A stretch of 30,031 nt of DNA from Lentimicrobiaceae bacterium. Lineage in GTDB: Bacteria; Bacteroidota; Bacteroidia; Bacteroidales; WCHB1-69. Both the position numbers and the translations under genes were made by a program. Below the pieces are notes generated by a model. That model did no database searches. It saw only the letters and a program-made list of their open reading frames with translations, and was not told the origin of the DNA. The stretch lies in contig WRNX01000002.1 of assembly GCA_009776395.1 (NCBI GenBank), positions 1-30,031 of the forward strand, written 5' to 3'. Numbering within the stretch: the first letter of the stretch is position 1; each line of letters opens with the position of its first letter. Positions 1-8,114 of the stretch are shown in pieces.

Positions 1-956
1 TAATGCGCCTGTAAGATAAAATAACGGATAGTCATGGGTGAATAGGAACACTGCAACGAAGGATGGTTTCCTGTAAAAAACTCATTAAGTGTAATAAAGT
101 TTTCTAACGATTTACCCATTTTTTGTCCGTCAATAGTAATCATGTTGTTGTGCATCCAATATCTCACCGCTTCTTTTCCATTTATCGCAGTAGCCTGGCA
201 CACTTCCGATTCGTGGTGCGGGAATAACAAATCCATACCTCCGCCGTGAATATCAAATTGTTCTCCCAAATATTTTGCTCCCATTGCGGTACACTCAATA
301 TGCCATCCAGGGAAACCTATACTCCAGGGAGAGCGCCATTTCATAATATGCTCCGGAGCGGCTTTTTTCCAGAGGGCAAAATCGGCAGGGTTTCTCTTTT
401 CCTGTTGTCCGTCTAAGGCACGGGTGTTAGAAATCATCTCTTCCAACACTCTACCAGAGAGTTTACCGTAGCCATAATCTTCATTATATTTCGGCACGTC
501 AAAATAAACAGAACCGTTTGAAATGTAAGCATAGCCTTTTTCAATAATTTTTTCAATGGCTTCAATTTGTTCGATAATATGACCGGATGCGCGTGGCTCA
601 ATAGAAGGACGTAACACATTCAGTTTATCCATAGCCCGATGATAACTGTCAATGTAAAACTGTGCCACTTCCATAGGTTCAAGTTGTTCTACTTGTGCTT
701 TTTTGGCGATCTTATCTTCTCCTTCATCAGCATCGTTTTCTAAATGTCCCACATCGGTGATATTACGCACATATCTCACTTTGTATCCAATATGGGTTAA
801 ATAGCGAAACAAAATGTCGAAAGTAATGGCAGGACGTGCGTGTCCTAAGTGCGGCTCTCCGTAAACGGTAGGTCCGCAAACATACAAGCCTACTCTGTCT
901 GGCACAATAGGTTCAAAAGTTTCTTTTTGTTTGGATAGGGTATTGTAGATTTGCAT
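1..956 (-). CDS. cysS: Cysteinyl-tRNA synthetase, 5' part (runs off the window's left edge; absent from the ORF track)
   Basis: Manual translation from ATG at 956: [41 protein letters not shown] (HIGH-type), [45 protein letters not shown]; frame stays open to position 1. Confidence 0.98.
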   Translation of the reverse strand, partial: MQIYNTLSKQKETFEPIVPDRVGLYVCGPTVYGEPHLGHARPAITFDILFRYLTHIGYKVRYVRNITDVGHLENDADEGEDKIAKKAQVEQLEPMEVAQFYIDSYHRAMDKLNVLRPSIEPRASGHIIEQIEAIEKIIEKGYAYISNGSVYFDVPKYNEDYGYGKLSGRVLEEMISNTRALDGQQEKRNPADFALWKKAAPEHIMKWRSPWSIGFPGWHIECTAMGAKYLGEQFDIHGGGMDLLFPHHESEVCQATAINGKEAVRYWMHNNMITIDGQKMGKSLENFITLNEFFTGNHPSLQCSYSPMTIRYFILQAH

Positions 957-959
957 AAT

Positions 960-1012
960 AGTGGTTAATGATTAGTGATTCATCCGTAATTTGTAATTTT
1001 TAATCTGTAATT
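960..1012 (-). repeat. Two heptamer tandem arrays in the cysS leader
   Basis: Minus strand: AATTACA-GATTAAA-AATTACA-AATTACG (985-1012), then AATCACT-AATCATT-AACCACT (960-980), ending 3 nt before the ATG. Confidence 0.75.
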
Positions 1013-1024
1013 AAAATTATGTAG

Positions 1025-1032
1025 CAAAAATA
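1025..1032 (-). promoter_or_regulatory. Bacteroidetes -7 promoter box for cysS
   Basis: TATTTTTG on the minus strand matches TAnnTTTG, about 70 nt upstream of the cysS ATG. Confidence 0.75.
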
Positions 1033-1086
1033 TATAAAAAAATTAACCAGAAATTTTTATTTGTTACTATTGTATTTTTTTTTTTA

Positions 1087-1094
1087 TATTTTTG
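1087..1094 (+). promoter_or_regulatory. Bacteroidetes -7 promoter box for the lipoprotein pair
   Basis: TATTTTTG; TTTG at 1060-1063 is a possible -33 box; T11 run at 1075-1085 in between. Confidence 0.7.
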
Positions 1095-1130
1095 CCACAT
1101 AATTTCATTATTAACTTAAATTTTAAAAAC

Positions 1131-1679
1131 ATGAAAAAATTAATTTTAATCTCAATGGCTATTATGATAGCCTTTGCATTCACTTCATGCGGTGATAAAG
1201 AACTCACAAAAGAAGAAATGCTAACACAAAAAAAAGGGTGGATTCTTAACCAAGCAACATGTTCTCCCGACTATCAGCTGAACAACGATGAATGGTGTGA
1301 TACAGATCTTTTGAATGGAGGATTCTTTTTTGATTGCGAAAAAGACGACATCTTCTATTTTAAAGATGACAAATCTTTTGTTATGTCCTATGAAAAAGAA
1401 AAATGTGATTGGAATGAAGCAGGAAAAGAAGAAAATATGGGAAGATGGGAATTCCAAGAAAATGAAACTTGGGTTCAATTCTATATGGGTGCTTACTATG
1501 ATGATGAAAACAATGAGTACTTTAAACTCAGAGGTATTATTAAAGAATTGGATAAAGAAACTTTGAGATTAGAAGTACCAATTAATGAAGATTATCCTGT
1601 TGCCAAATCTAGAATGTTGCGTGGTGAAGTTCACCCCTATAAAGGCACATTTTATTTAATTTTCAAAGTAGCAAAATAA
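1131..1679 (+). CDS. Lipoprotein, probable lipocalin-like/DUF5004-type beta domain
   Basis: MKKLILISMAIMIAFAFTSC lipobox followed by charged GDKE; TKEEMLTQKKGWILNQ and MGRWEF motifs resemble Bacteroidetes lipocalin-like lipoproteins. ATG 1131 preferred because the track's TTG at 1092 lies inside the promoter box. Confidence 0.75.
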   Translation: MKKLILISMAIMIAFAFTSCGDKELTKEEMLTQKKGWILNQATCSPDYQLNNDEWCDTDLLNGGFFFDCEKDDIFYFKDDKSFVMSYEKEKCDWNEAGKEENMGRWEFQENETWVQFYMGAYYDDENNEYFKLRGIIKELDKETLRLEVPINEDYPVAKSRMLRGEVHPYKGTFYLIFKVAK

Positions 1680-1711
1680 TTTAACCAACAAAATCATTAA
1701 AATCTACGAAT

Positions 1712-2002
1712 ATGAAAAAATTATTTTTAATTCTCGCAGCCGCAACTCTTTTTATTGCTTGCGGAAACAGATCTACTCCCGTTGAAACAGTAACCGATGA
1801 AGTTGCTGTGGAAGAAACAACCATTGACGAACCTGTTGCTGATGCACCGGTTGCAGTTACTACCCCAAAACCGACAACTCCGAAACCGACAGTGAAAGAG
1901 GAACCAAAAGTTGAAGAACCTGTTAAAGAAGAACCTGTTAAAGAAGAACCTGTTAAGGAAGAACCTAAAAAGCCTGAAAATAAAGTAAAAGGTGGTAGGT
2001 AA
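1712..2002 (+). CDS. Small Pro/Glu/Lys-rich, probably disordered lipoprotein
   Basis: MKKLFLILAAATLFIAC lipobox; TTPKP x2 and EEPVK repeats. Confidence 0.8.
   Translation: MKKLFLILAAATLFIACGNRSTPVETVTDEVAVEETTIDEPVADAPVAVTTPKPTTPKPTVKEEPKVEEPVKEEPVKEEPVKEEPKKPENKVKGGR
1913..1966 (+). repeat. In-frame 15-bp tandem repeat (EEPVK)
   Basis: GAAGAACCTGTTAAA x2, GAAGAACCTGTTAAG, then partial GAAGAACCT; a degenerate unit lies at 1898-1912. Confidence 0.95.
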
Positions 2003-2008
2003 AATTTG

Positions 2009-2036
2009 AAAAAAGCCCGCTTTTGCGGGCTTTTTT
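2009..2036. terminator. Bidirectional intrinsic terminator
   Basis: AAAAAAGCCCGC-TTTT-GCGGGCTTTTTT perfect hairpin with A/T tails, between convergent genes. Confidence 0.92.
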
Positions 2037-2988
2037 ATTTTACTCTCAACCGTTGCCCCTCGCGCAAAAAATCGCTTTTCATTTTATTCAGTTTCATAAT
2101 AGTGCTTACCGTTGTCCTGTATTTTTTCGCCAATGCGCCCAATGTGTCCCCCCTTTTTACCGTAATATAAACCGGCGATGGATCTAAAGGTTGTCCATTT
2201 TGAACCGCAGAATTGGCTGCAATGGGATCCGTGTTTGTTTTAATTACCTTTCCTCCAATATAAAGCGTATCACACGAAAGTTTGTAGTTGGTAAAATCAA
2301 TAATTCTTGCGGGGTTAAAGTGTTGTCCCAGATAGCGTGTTTCAAAATGTAAATGGTTTCCCCTTGAGCGCCCTGTGTTTCCACCTAATCCAATGGTATC
2401 GCCCGCTTTAACTGTTTGTCCGGGATTTACCAAACGCCTAACTAAATGCGCATAATAGGTTTCCAACCGATTTTCATGCCGAACCACTACCAAATTTCCA
2501 TAACCACCATTATTATAAGTAGATATACGCACAATTCCGTCAAAGGCAGCCACCACGGGAGTTCCTTCTGGAAAGGGAATATCAATGCCCCAGTGGTATC
2601 TATTTCTTCGTCTTTTTACTCCATAAAATGAAGTGGCTTTATAATTAGCGGGATGCACATAATTTTTCAAAACAATAGTATCCGGATGAACAGTACGATC
2701 GTGAACATAATGAAGTTTTAAAATATCAAAATTTGAATATACGCCATATCCGGGCATCCAATTAAAATAGATAAACATCATGGATTGGTCTGCGCCGTGG
2801 TCATCTTCAAATTCATCCACCTCTTCTTCATCACTATCTTCAAAAGAAGTTTCTGCAAAAGAAAGCGTATCGCTTTCACTGAAATGGAGTTGATTGGTTT
2901 TGCTTTGATCTACTTGTGCTATACTTAATAAGGGAAACACCAATAAGAGACAAAACAAGTATGATAATTTCACATTTTCTATAAACAT
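2035..2988 (-). CDS. M23 family metallopeptidase with C-terminal LysM domain (peptidoglycan hydrolase)
   Basis: Signal peptide; HWGIDI (HxxxD), GYGNLVVVRH, YYAHL, HLHFE (HxH); LysM YITVKRGDTLGALAKKYRTTVSTIMKLN. Confidence 0.95.
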   Translation of the reverse strand: MFIENVKLSYLFCLLLVFPLLSIAQVDQSKTNQLHFSESDTLSFAETSFEDSDEEEVDEFEDDHGADQSMMFIYFNWMPGYGVYSNFDILKLHYVHDRTVHPDTIVLKNYVHPANYKATSFYGVKRRRNRYHWGIDIPFPEGTPVVAAFDGIVRISTYNNGGYGNLVVVRHENRLETYYAHLVRRLVNPGQTVKAGDTIGLGGNTGRSRGNHLHFETRYLGQHFNPARIIDFTNYKLSCDTLYIGGKVIKTNTDPIAANSAVQNGQPLDPSPVYITVKRGDTLGALAKKYRTTVSTIMKLNKMKSDFLREGQRLRVK

Positions 2989-3029
2989 TTTCTATTGGAT
3001 TAGTTAGTTTTTTTCTGATTTCTGTTCGG

Positions 3030-3118
3030 CAAAAATAAATTTTTTTCTAAAAAATATTTTTTTTTTTTTTAGTTTCAAAGAACCATATTAATATGTATTA
3101 ATTATTTTTCTATTTTTG
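3030..3118. promoter_or_regulatory. Divergent pair of -7 boxes
   Basis: TATTTTTG on minus at 3030-3037 (M23 gene) and on plus at 3111-3118 (operon starting 3168); T14 run at 3057-3070 between them. Confidence 0.7.
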
Positions 3119-3167
3119 CTTCCTTTAAAAAAAGGAATAAGTATTCAATAAAAAATAAATCAATAAT

Positions 3168-3845
3168 ATGAAAGTTAAAACTTTATTCAACATTTTGCTC
3201 ATTGTTGTTGCGCTATTTTTGGCGCTTCTTGCCACACGTAGTATTTTGCGTCCTGAAAAATACAAATCTTCTTATAATCAACGCGCAGAAGAAATAAAAG
3301 CGCGATTGATTACCATTCGCGCCGTTCAAACCGTATATCGTAATGAGTTTAAAAAATATGCCGGCGATATAGATACCTTAGTAGATTTCGTAAATCATGG
3401 AACGGTACAAATTATCCAAACTTCAGGAGAAATCCCCGAAGATATGTCAGAAGAGGCTGCTTATAAAGCGGGTTTAATTAAAAAAGTGGTGGTCTCTATC
3501 CCCGCGAAAGATAAAATTGTAGAGTCAGATCCTAATGTTACATTAGAGAGTTTGAAGAATTTTGAATTCATTCCTTATTGTGATGGCAAAAAATTTGAAA
3601 TTCAGTTAGGAACCATATCCAGCAAAACTTACGAAATTCCGGTTTATCGGATTGACGTTCCCATAGATGATATTCTATCCAATTTAGAAAAAACCATCTC
3701 TCCCAAAGATGCCAATCTGTTTAGTAAAATATCAAACAGGTTGTTTTATAGTGGATTAGCAGAAGAAACGTCATACCAATCACAATATAAACCGATGTGG
3801 TTAGGATCGCTTAACGATTCAGGTACTTCAGGTAGTTGGGAATAA
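3168..3845 (+). CDS. Conserved Bacteroidetes membrane-anchored hypothetical protein with a pilin-like helix
   Basis: N-terminal TM helix, then RLITIRAVQTVYRNEFKKYAGDIDTL; ends SGSWE. Confidence 0.75.
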   Translation: MKVKTLFNILLIVVALFLALLATRSILRPEKYKSSYNQRAEEIKARLITIRAVQTVYRNEFKKYAGDIDTLVDFVNHGTVQIIQTSGEIPEDMSEEAAYKAGLIKKVVVSIPAKDKIVESDPNVTLESLKNFEFIPYCDGKKFEIQLGTISSKTYEIPVYRIDVPIDDILSNLEKTISPKDANLFSKISNRLFYSGLAEETSYQSQYKPMWLGSLNDSGTSGSWE

Positions 3846-3857
3846 ATTTTTATATTC

Positions 3858-4337
3858 ATGCCAACCATAATCACCGATACTCCCGCTTACTTAGTTCCAA
3901 AAGAATTATGTAACGAAGAAAAAATTCAAGAGTATTGGAATATTATGCACGATAATCTACAACAAGAAAAAATCTGTAAAGATGAGTTAGACAATTTTTT
4001 TTTAATCTATCCTAAACAAAAAGAGGAAGATACTATTCATGAAATTACTGTTATGCATAATTATTTAAAAGAAAACTATTTAGCCATAACAGATGCTATT
4101 TGTATAAATGTTTATAATACGAATTGTTATTTATGGGCGCTGAAAGATAGAGATATCGCTTATACCGGATCTTTTCAATACTCTGAAAAAGAAGATATTC
4201 TGTATCATCTTGCCAATATCTCTCACCATTTTTTTGAAAACATTTCTCCAATCAGTTTCTTTTATCAACAATTATCTTCTGATCTATTGCGTTTTCTATC
4301 AAAATACTATGAAATAAAAAAGTTACAAATATTATGA
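3858..4337 (+). CDS. Hypothetical protein, possibly a shortened DUF3822-family member
   Basis: AYLVPKEL and FQYSEKEDILYHL resemble DUF3822, and the position after the 3168 gene fits; only 159 aa. Stop overlaps the next start (ATGA). Confidence 0.5.
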   Translation: MPTIITDTPAYLVPKELCNEEKIQEYWNIMHDNLQQEKICKDELDNFFLIYPKQKEEDTIHEITVMHNYLKENYLAITDAICINVYNTNCYLWALKDRDIAYTGSFQYSEKEDILYHLANISHHFFENISPISFFYQQLSSDLLRFLSKYYEIKKLQIL

Positions 4338-5167
4338 ATAGAAATATTATCCTGTTTTTTTTTATTTTTATTGCCATAACAACCAAAAGTTACACTCAGG
4401 AATTTTACAGAAAAGATAATAACTATGTGGATTCTGCAACATTTATGATTTGGGGCAGCCCTAATTTTTCTACGCAACTTCCTTTTGGACAAGGATATTT
4501 ATCTTCAACATTTAATTTTAATTATAATGTTGGACTTGATTTTACCTTTAAAACTAAATCAAACTGGACTTTTGATTTCGCATTTAACTATATGTTTGGG
4601 AGTAAATTGAGAGAAAGCCCTGATAAGTATCTAGGAGATATGTGGTTTCAAATTCTAAGAGACAACAATAAAGATACAATTCCCGTAGTATTTAATGGTG
4701 CAGGTAATAATGGAACTAAACTTGCCTACGAGGGAAGATATTGGTACTTTGGCGTTTCAGCAGGCAAAATAATTCCTTTAGACCGCTGGAAAAACTCAGG
4801 ACTGTGGCTCAAATTTGGTGTGGGATATTTTGGACATAAAATTCATTTCACAGACCCAAATAATTATTATCCACAAATTGACCAAAAAACATACCGTTTA
4901 GGATACGACCAACGCTCCTCTGCCATTGCGCTGAACCAGTTTTTTGGCTATCTGTTTATGCACAAAAAAAGAGTACTCAGTTTCTACGCAGGTATTGAAG
5001 TATGGGAAATTTTCTCTAAACCTGATAGAGGTTACATCTTCGTTGGCAATCTTCAAGGACCTACCAGCAATTTAAAAAGAAAATTTAGCGGACTGTTAGG
5101 AATAAAAGTAGGTTGGATTTTACCTTTTTATGAAACAAATCGTGTAACCACCTATTACACTTTTTAA
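4334..5167 (+). CDS. Predicted outer-membrane beta-barrel protein
   Basis: Signal peptide; alternating aromatic/Gly strands (FNYNVGLDFTF, YFGVSAGKII, LKFGVGYFGH, GIKVGWILPF). Confidence 0.75.
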   Translation: MNRNIILFFFIFIAITTKSYTQEFYRKDNNYVDSATFMIWGSPNFSTQLPFGQGYLSSTFNFNYNVGLDFTFKTKSNWTFDFAFNYMFGSKLRESPDKYLGDMWFQILRDNNKDTIPVVFNGAGNNGTKLAYEGRYWYFGVSAGKIIPLDRWKNSGLWLKFGVGYFGHKIHFTDPNNYYPQIDQKTYRLGYDQRSSAIALNQFFGYLFMHKKRVLSFYAGIEVWEIFSKPDRGYIFVGNLQGPTSNLKRKFSGLLGIKVGWILPFYETNRVTTYYTF

Positions 5168-5171
5168 AAAT

Positions 5172-6401
5172 ATGCGATTTCTATACACGCTTTGTATTCA
5201 ATCTTTTGCATGCGTAATTAAATTCGCTTCCCCCTTTTATAGAAAAGCAAAGTTATGGAATGCCGGAAAAAAAGATATCTTCTATCTACTTGAAAATAAA
5301 TGCTATGGAAAAGAAAATATAGTTTGGTTTCACTGCGCCTCGCTGGGTGAATTTGAACAGGGAAAACCTTTGATGGAAAAATTGAAACAGGAAGAAAAAA
5401 ATGTTTCACTTTTACTTTCTTTTTTTTCGCCCTCCGGTTTTGAAGTTAAAAAAAATGACCCTATTGCTGATATTATAACCTATTTGCCTGCTGATACTCC
5501 AAAAAATGCAAAAAAATTCATCCAAATTGTAAAACCTCAAAAAGTTTTCTTTATAAAATATGAATATTGGTATAATTATATGTACGAACTCTCAAAATCA
5601 AATATTCCATTTTATTATGTTTCTGCAATTTTTAGAACTCATCAATACTTTTTTAAGAGTTATGGAAAGTGGTTTTTGCAACATTTGAAAAAGTGTACTC
5701 ATTTTTTTGTACAAAATGAAGAATCAAAAACAATCCTGTTTCAGCATGGCTTATCAAAAGTAACCGTTACCGGCGATACGCGCTTTGATAGCGTGTATGC
5801 CACTGCCCACCAATCCTTTTCATTAGATTTTATTACTTCTTATAAAAGCGATAAAAAATTAATTGTGGCAGGAAGTACTTGGCTACCCGATGAAAAATTA
5901 CTATCCGAATTGTTTCCTAACATTAACACCGATTATAAACTTATTATAGCGCCACATTTAGTAGAAAAAAATCATATTGAAAAAATTATCAAACTATTTT
6001 CTTCATTTTCAGTAGTTTGTTTTTCTGAAAAAAACAATAAAAATCTTGCAAATGCTGAAGTACTGATTATTGATACTATCGGATTATTAAGAAAAATTTA
6101 TAAATATGCTGATGTTTCCTATATCGGAGGAGCATTTAAAACAGGATTACACAACATTTTGGAAGCTGCCGTTTTTGAAAAGCCAATCTTTTTTGGTACT
6201 CATTATCAAAAATTTAAAGAAGCAATAGAGTTGATTGAACGAGGCGGTGCATTTTCAATAATAAAAGCGAATGATATGGCGCAAAAATTATTTGAATTTT
6301 CAAAAAATCAAATACTCTATAAAAATGTTTGTGATATTTGCAAAAAATACGTCGCAGATAATCTTGGCGCCACGGAGAAAATTTGGGATAGTCTATTATG
6401 A
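5172..6401 (+). CDS. waaA: 3-deoxy-D-manno-octulosonic acid (Kdo) transferase
   Basis: WFHCASLGEFEQ, FFSPSG, YLPADT, GDTRFD, GSTWLPDE, IIAPH, IIDTIGLL, HNILEAAVF. Confidence 0.95.
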   Translation: MRFLYTLCIQSFACVIKFASPFYRKAKLWNAGKKDIFYLLENKCYGKENIVWFHCASLGEFEQGKPLMEKLKQEEKNVSLLLSFFSPSGFEVKKNDPIADIITYLPADTPKNAKKFIQIVKPQKVFFIKYEYWYNYMYELSKSNIPFYYVSAIFRTHQYFFKSYGKWFLQHLKKCTHFFVQNEESKTILFQHGLSKVTVTGDTRFDSVYATAHQSFSLDFITSYKSDKKLIVAGSTWLPDEKLLSELFPNINTDYKLIIAPHLVEKNHIEKIIKLFSSFSVVCFSEKNNKNLANAEVLIIDTIGLLRKIYKYADVSYIGGAFKTGLHNILEAAVFEKPIFFGTHYQKFKEAIELIERGGAFSIIKANDMAQKLFEFSKNQILYKNVCDICKKYVADNLGATEKIWDSLL

Positions 6402-6475
6402 GTTTGCAAATGATTTTTTTTAGATACTTTATTTTTTGTTTTTCCTTTGAAGTATTTTGAAAAAACATATTGATT

Positions 6476-6483
6476 TATCTTTG
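6476..6483 (+). promoter_or_regulatory. -7 promoter box
   Basis: TATCTTTG, 46 nt before the GTG at 6530. Confidence 0.55.
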
Positions 6484-6529
6484 TATGATTTTAAAAATTT
6501 CATGTTTATTTGCCACTCAATAAATTATC

Positions 6530-7585
6530 GTGCAATTCTCAAATCCAAACATTAACTCTGTTTTTAGCCTCAAACGCATCTTAATCCCAATAGCAATAGG
6601 AATAGCATTCTCTGCCTACTCTTTATATGCTTCAAAATTTGATTTATCTGTGTTAAAAGGGATCGAAATCAGTTTTAAGTATATTCTATTAGCGCTTTTT
6701 TGTATGGTGTTGAGAGATTTAATGTATATAGTGCGAATAAGAATATTAACTGAAAAACAATTAAGTTGGTTAGATAGTTGGCACGTAGTAATGCTTTGGG
6801 AATTTGCTTCTTCGGTAACTCCATCTATGGTGGGCGGATCGGCGTTTGCCATCTATTTTGTGTATCAAGAAAAAATAACATTAGGCAAAAGTACGGCTAT
6901 AGTACTCACAACAGCAATGTTAGACGAAATATTTTATATTCTCACAGTTGCCTTGCTTCTTTTAATATTAGGAATCAACATTGTACAATTCGGTGAGTAT
7001 TTACCTTTCAATCCCATGATACTATTTTTTGTTGGCTATGCAGTCATAATTACAATGACTACAGGTATCACCTTAGGTATTTTTGTTGCGCCAAAAGGAA
7101 TAAAAAAACTATTAGTAAAACTTTTTTCTTTTTCATTTTTAAAAAGATGGCAACCCAACATGGAAAAAACAGGCGATGAACTTATTACAGCTTCCATAGA
7201 ATTGAAAGGAAAATCCTTTTTTTATTGGACAAAAGCATTCATCGCCACCGCTTTCTCATGGACAGCACGTTTCATGGTACTCAATTTCTTAATATTAGCG
7301 CTCAACCCTGAATTAGGCTTTAGTATCATGCAACAGTTGCTTATTTTTGCCAAACAGTTGGTCATGTGGGTAATATTGTTAATTAGCCCTACGCCCGGAG
7401 CCAGCGGAATTGCCGAAGTGAGTTTTTCCGCTTTTTTCAGAAACGATTTTCCCGAACACTCCCATGCTGCTATAGCAGTACTGTGGCGCGCCATTTCTTA
7501 CTATCCTTATTTAGCATTAGGACTGATTATATTACCAATTTGGTTACAGAAAGTACAAAAACGACAAAAAAATATTATAAATTGA
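6530..7585 (+). CDS. Lysylphosphatidylglycerol-synthase TM domain / UPF0104 (YbhN-like) flippase-type membrane protein
   Basis: Multiple TM helices; SSVTPSMVGG, ISPTPGASGIAE, LWRAISYYPY motifs. Confidence 0.85.
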   Translation: MQFSNPNINSVFSLKRILIPIAIGIAFSAYSLYASKFDLSVLKGIEISFKYILLALFCMVLRDLMYIVRIRILTEKQLSWLDSWHVVMLWEFASSVTPSMVGGSAFAIYFVYQEKITLGKSTAIVLTTAMLDEIFYILTVALLLLILGINIVQFGEYLPFNPMILFFVGYAVIITMTTGITLGIFVAPKGIKKLLVKLFSFSFLKRWQPNMEKTGDELITASIELKGKSFFYWTKAFIATAFSWTARFMVLNFLILALNPELGFSIMQQLLIFAKQLVMWVILLISPTPGASGIAEVSFSAFFRNDFPEHSHAAIAVLWRAISYYPYLALGLIILPIWLQKVQKRQKNIIN

Positions 7586-7633
7586 ACAATTTTTTTCTTA
7601 GTAAATAAACAATACATATCCCAAACTTTTATA

Positions 7634-7641
7634 TAATTTCG
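7634..7641 (+). promoter_or_regulatory. Variant -7 box for the hydrogenase operon
   Basis: TAATTTCG followed by CACC (TAnnTTCG variant), 74 nt before the hndB ATG. Confidence 0.55.
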
Positions 7642-7715
7642 CACCCGTTAGAAAAAAATGTTTTTTTAGTCAAATTATTATCATAAATATATATTAATCA
7701 ATATTATAAATTAAA

Positions 7716-8099
7716 ATGGAAAAAATTAAATCGTTGGCAGATTTGAAGAAAAAAAGAGAAGATCTTCAATCGGCTATTTCAATTCGCGAACAAAGCGAAA
7801 ATATTCAGGTGAAAGTAGCAATGGCTACTTGCGGCATCGCTTCAGGAGCCAAACATGTTATGGAAGTAATCATGAACGAATGTAACAAACGAAATATCCC
7901 CGCCACTGTTACGCAAACCGGCTGCATGGGATACTGCTACGCCGAACCTACGGTGGAAGTTACAAAACCCGGACAAAAACCCGTCGTTTTTGGATATATT
8001 ACCCCGCTAAAAGCGGAAGAACTTGTTGCTAAATATTTTGCAGGCAACGAAATGTTAGACACTGTAATCCCAGTTAATTACGAAAAAGTTGAACTATAA
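7716..8099 (+). CDS. hndB: Thioredoxin-like [2Fe-2S] ferredoxin subunit of a multimeric [FeFe]-hydrogenase (HndB/HydD-like)
   Basis: VKVAMATCGIASGA ... QTGCMGYCYAEPTVEV; 127 aa, directly upstream of the NuoF-like gene. Confidence 0.85.
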   Translation: MEKIKSLADLKKKREDLQSAISIREQSENIQVKVAMATCGIASGAKHVMEVIMNECNKRNIPATVTQTGCMGYCYAEPTVEVTKPGQKPVVFGYITPLKAEELVAKYFAGNEMLDTVIPVNYEKVEL

Positions 8100-8114
8100 A
8101 TCATAACACTCTCT

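Noticed and set aside
1092-1130. TTG start extension of the first lipoprotein given in the ORF track
   Set aside because: The TTG is part of the TATTTTTG promoter box; the signal peptide starts at ATG 1131.
7642-7715. Rex or other redox-regulator operator, or riboswitch, in the hydrogenase leader
   Set aside because: No TTGTGAA-N4-TTCACAA-like palindrome or structured RNA; the leader is nearly all A/T.
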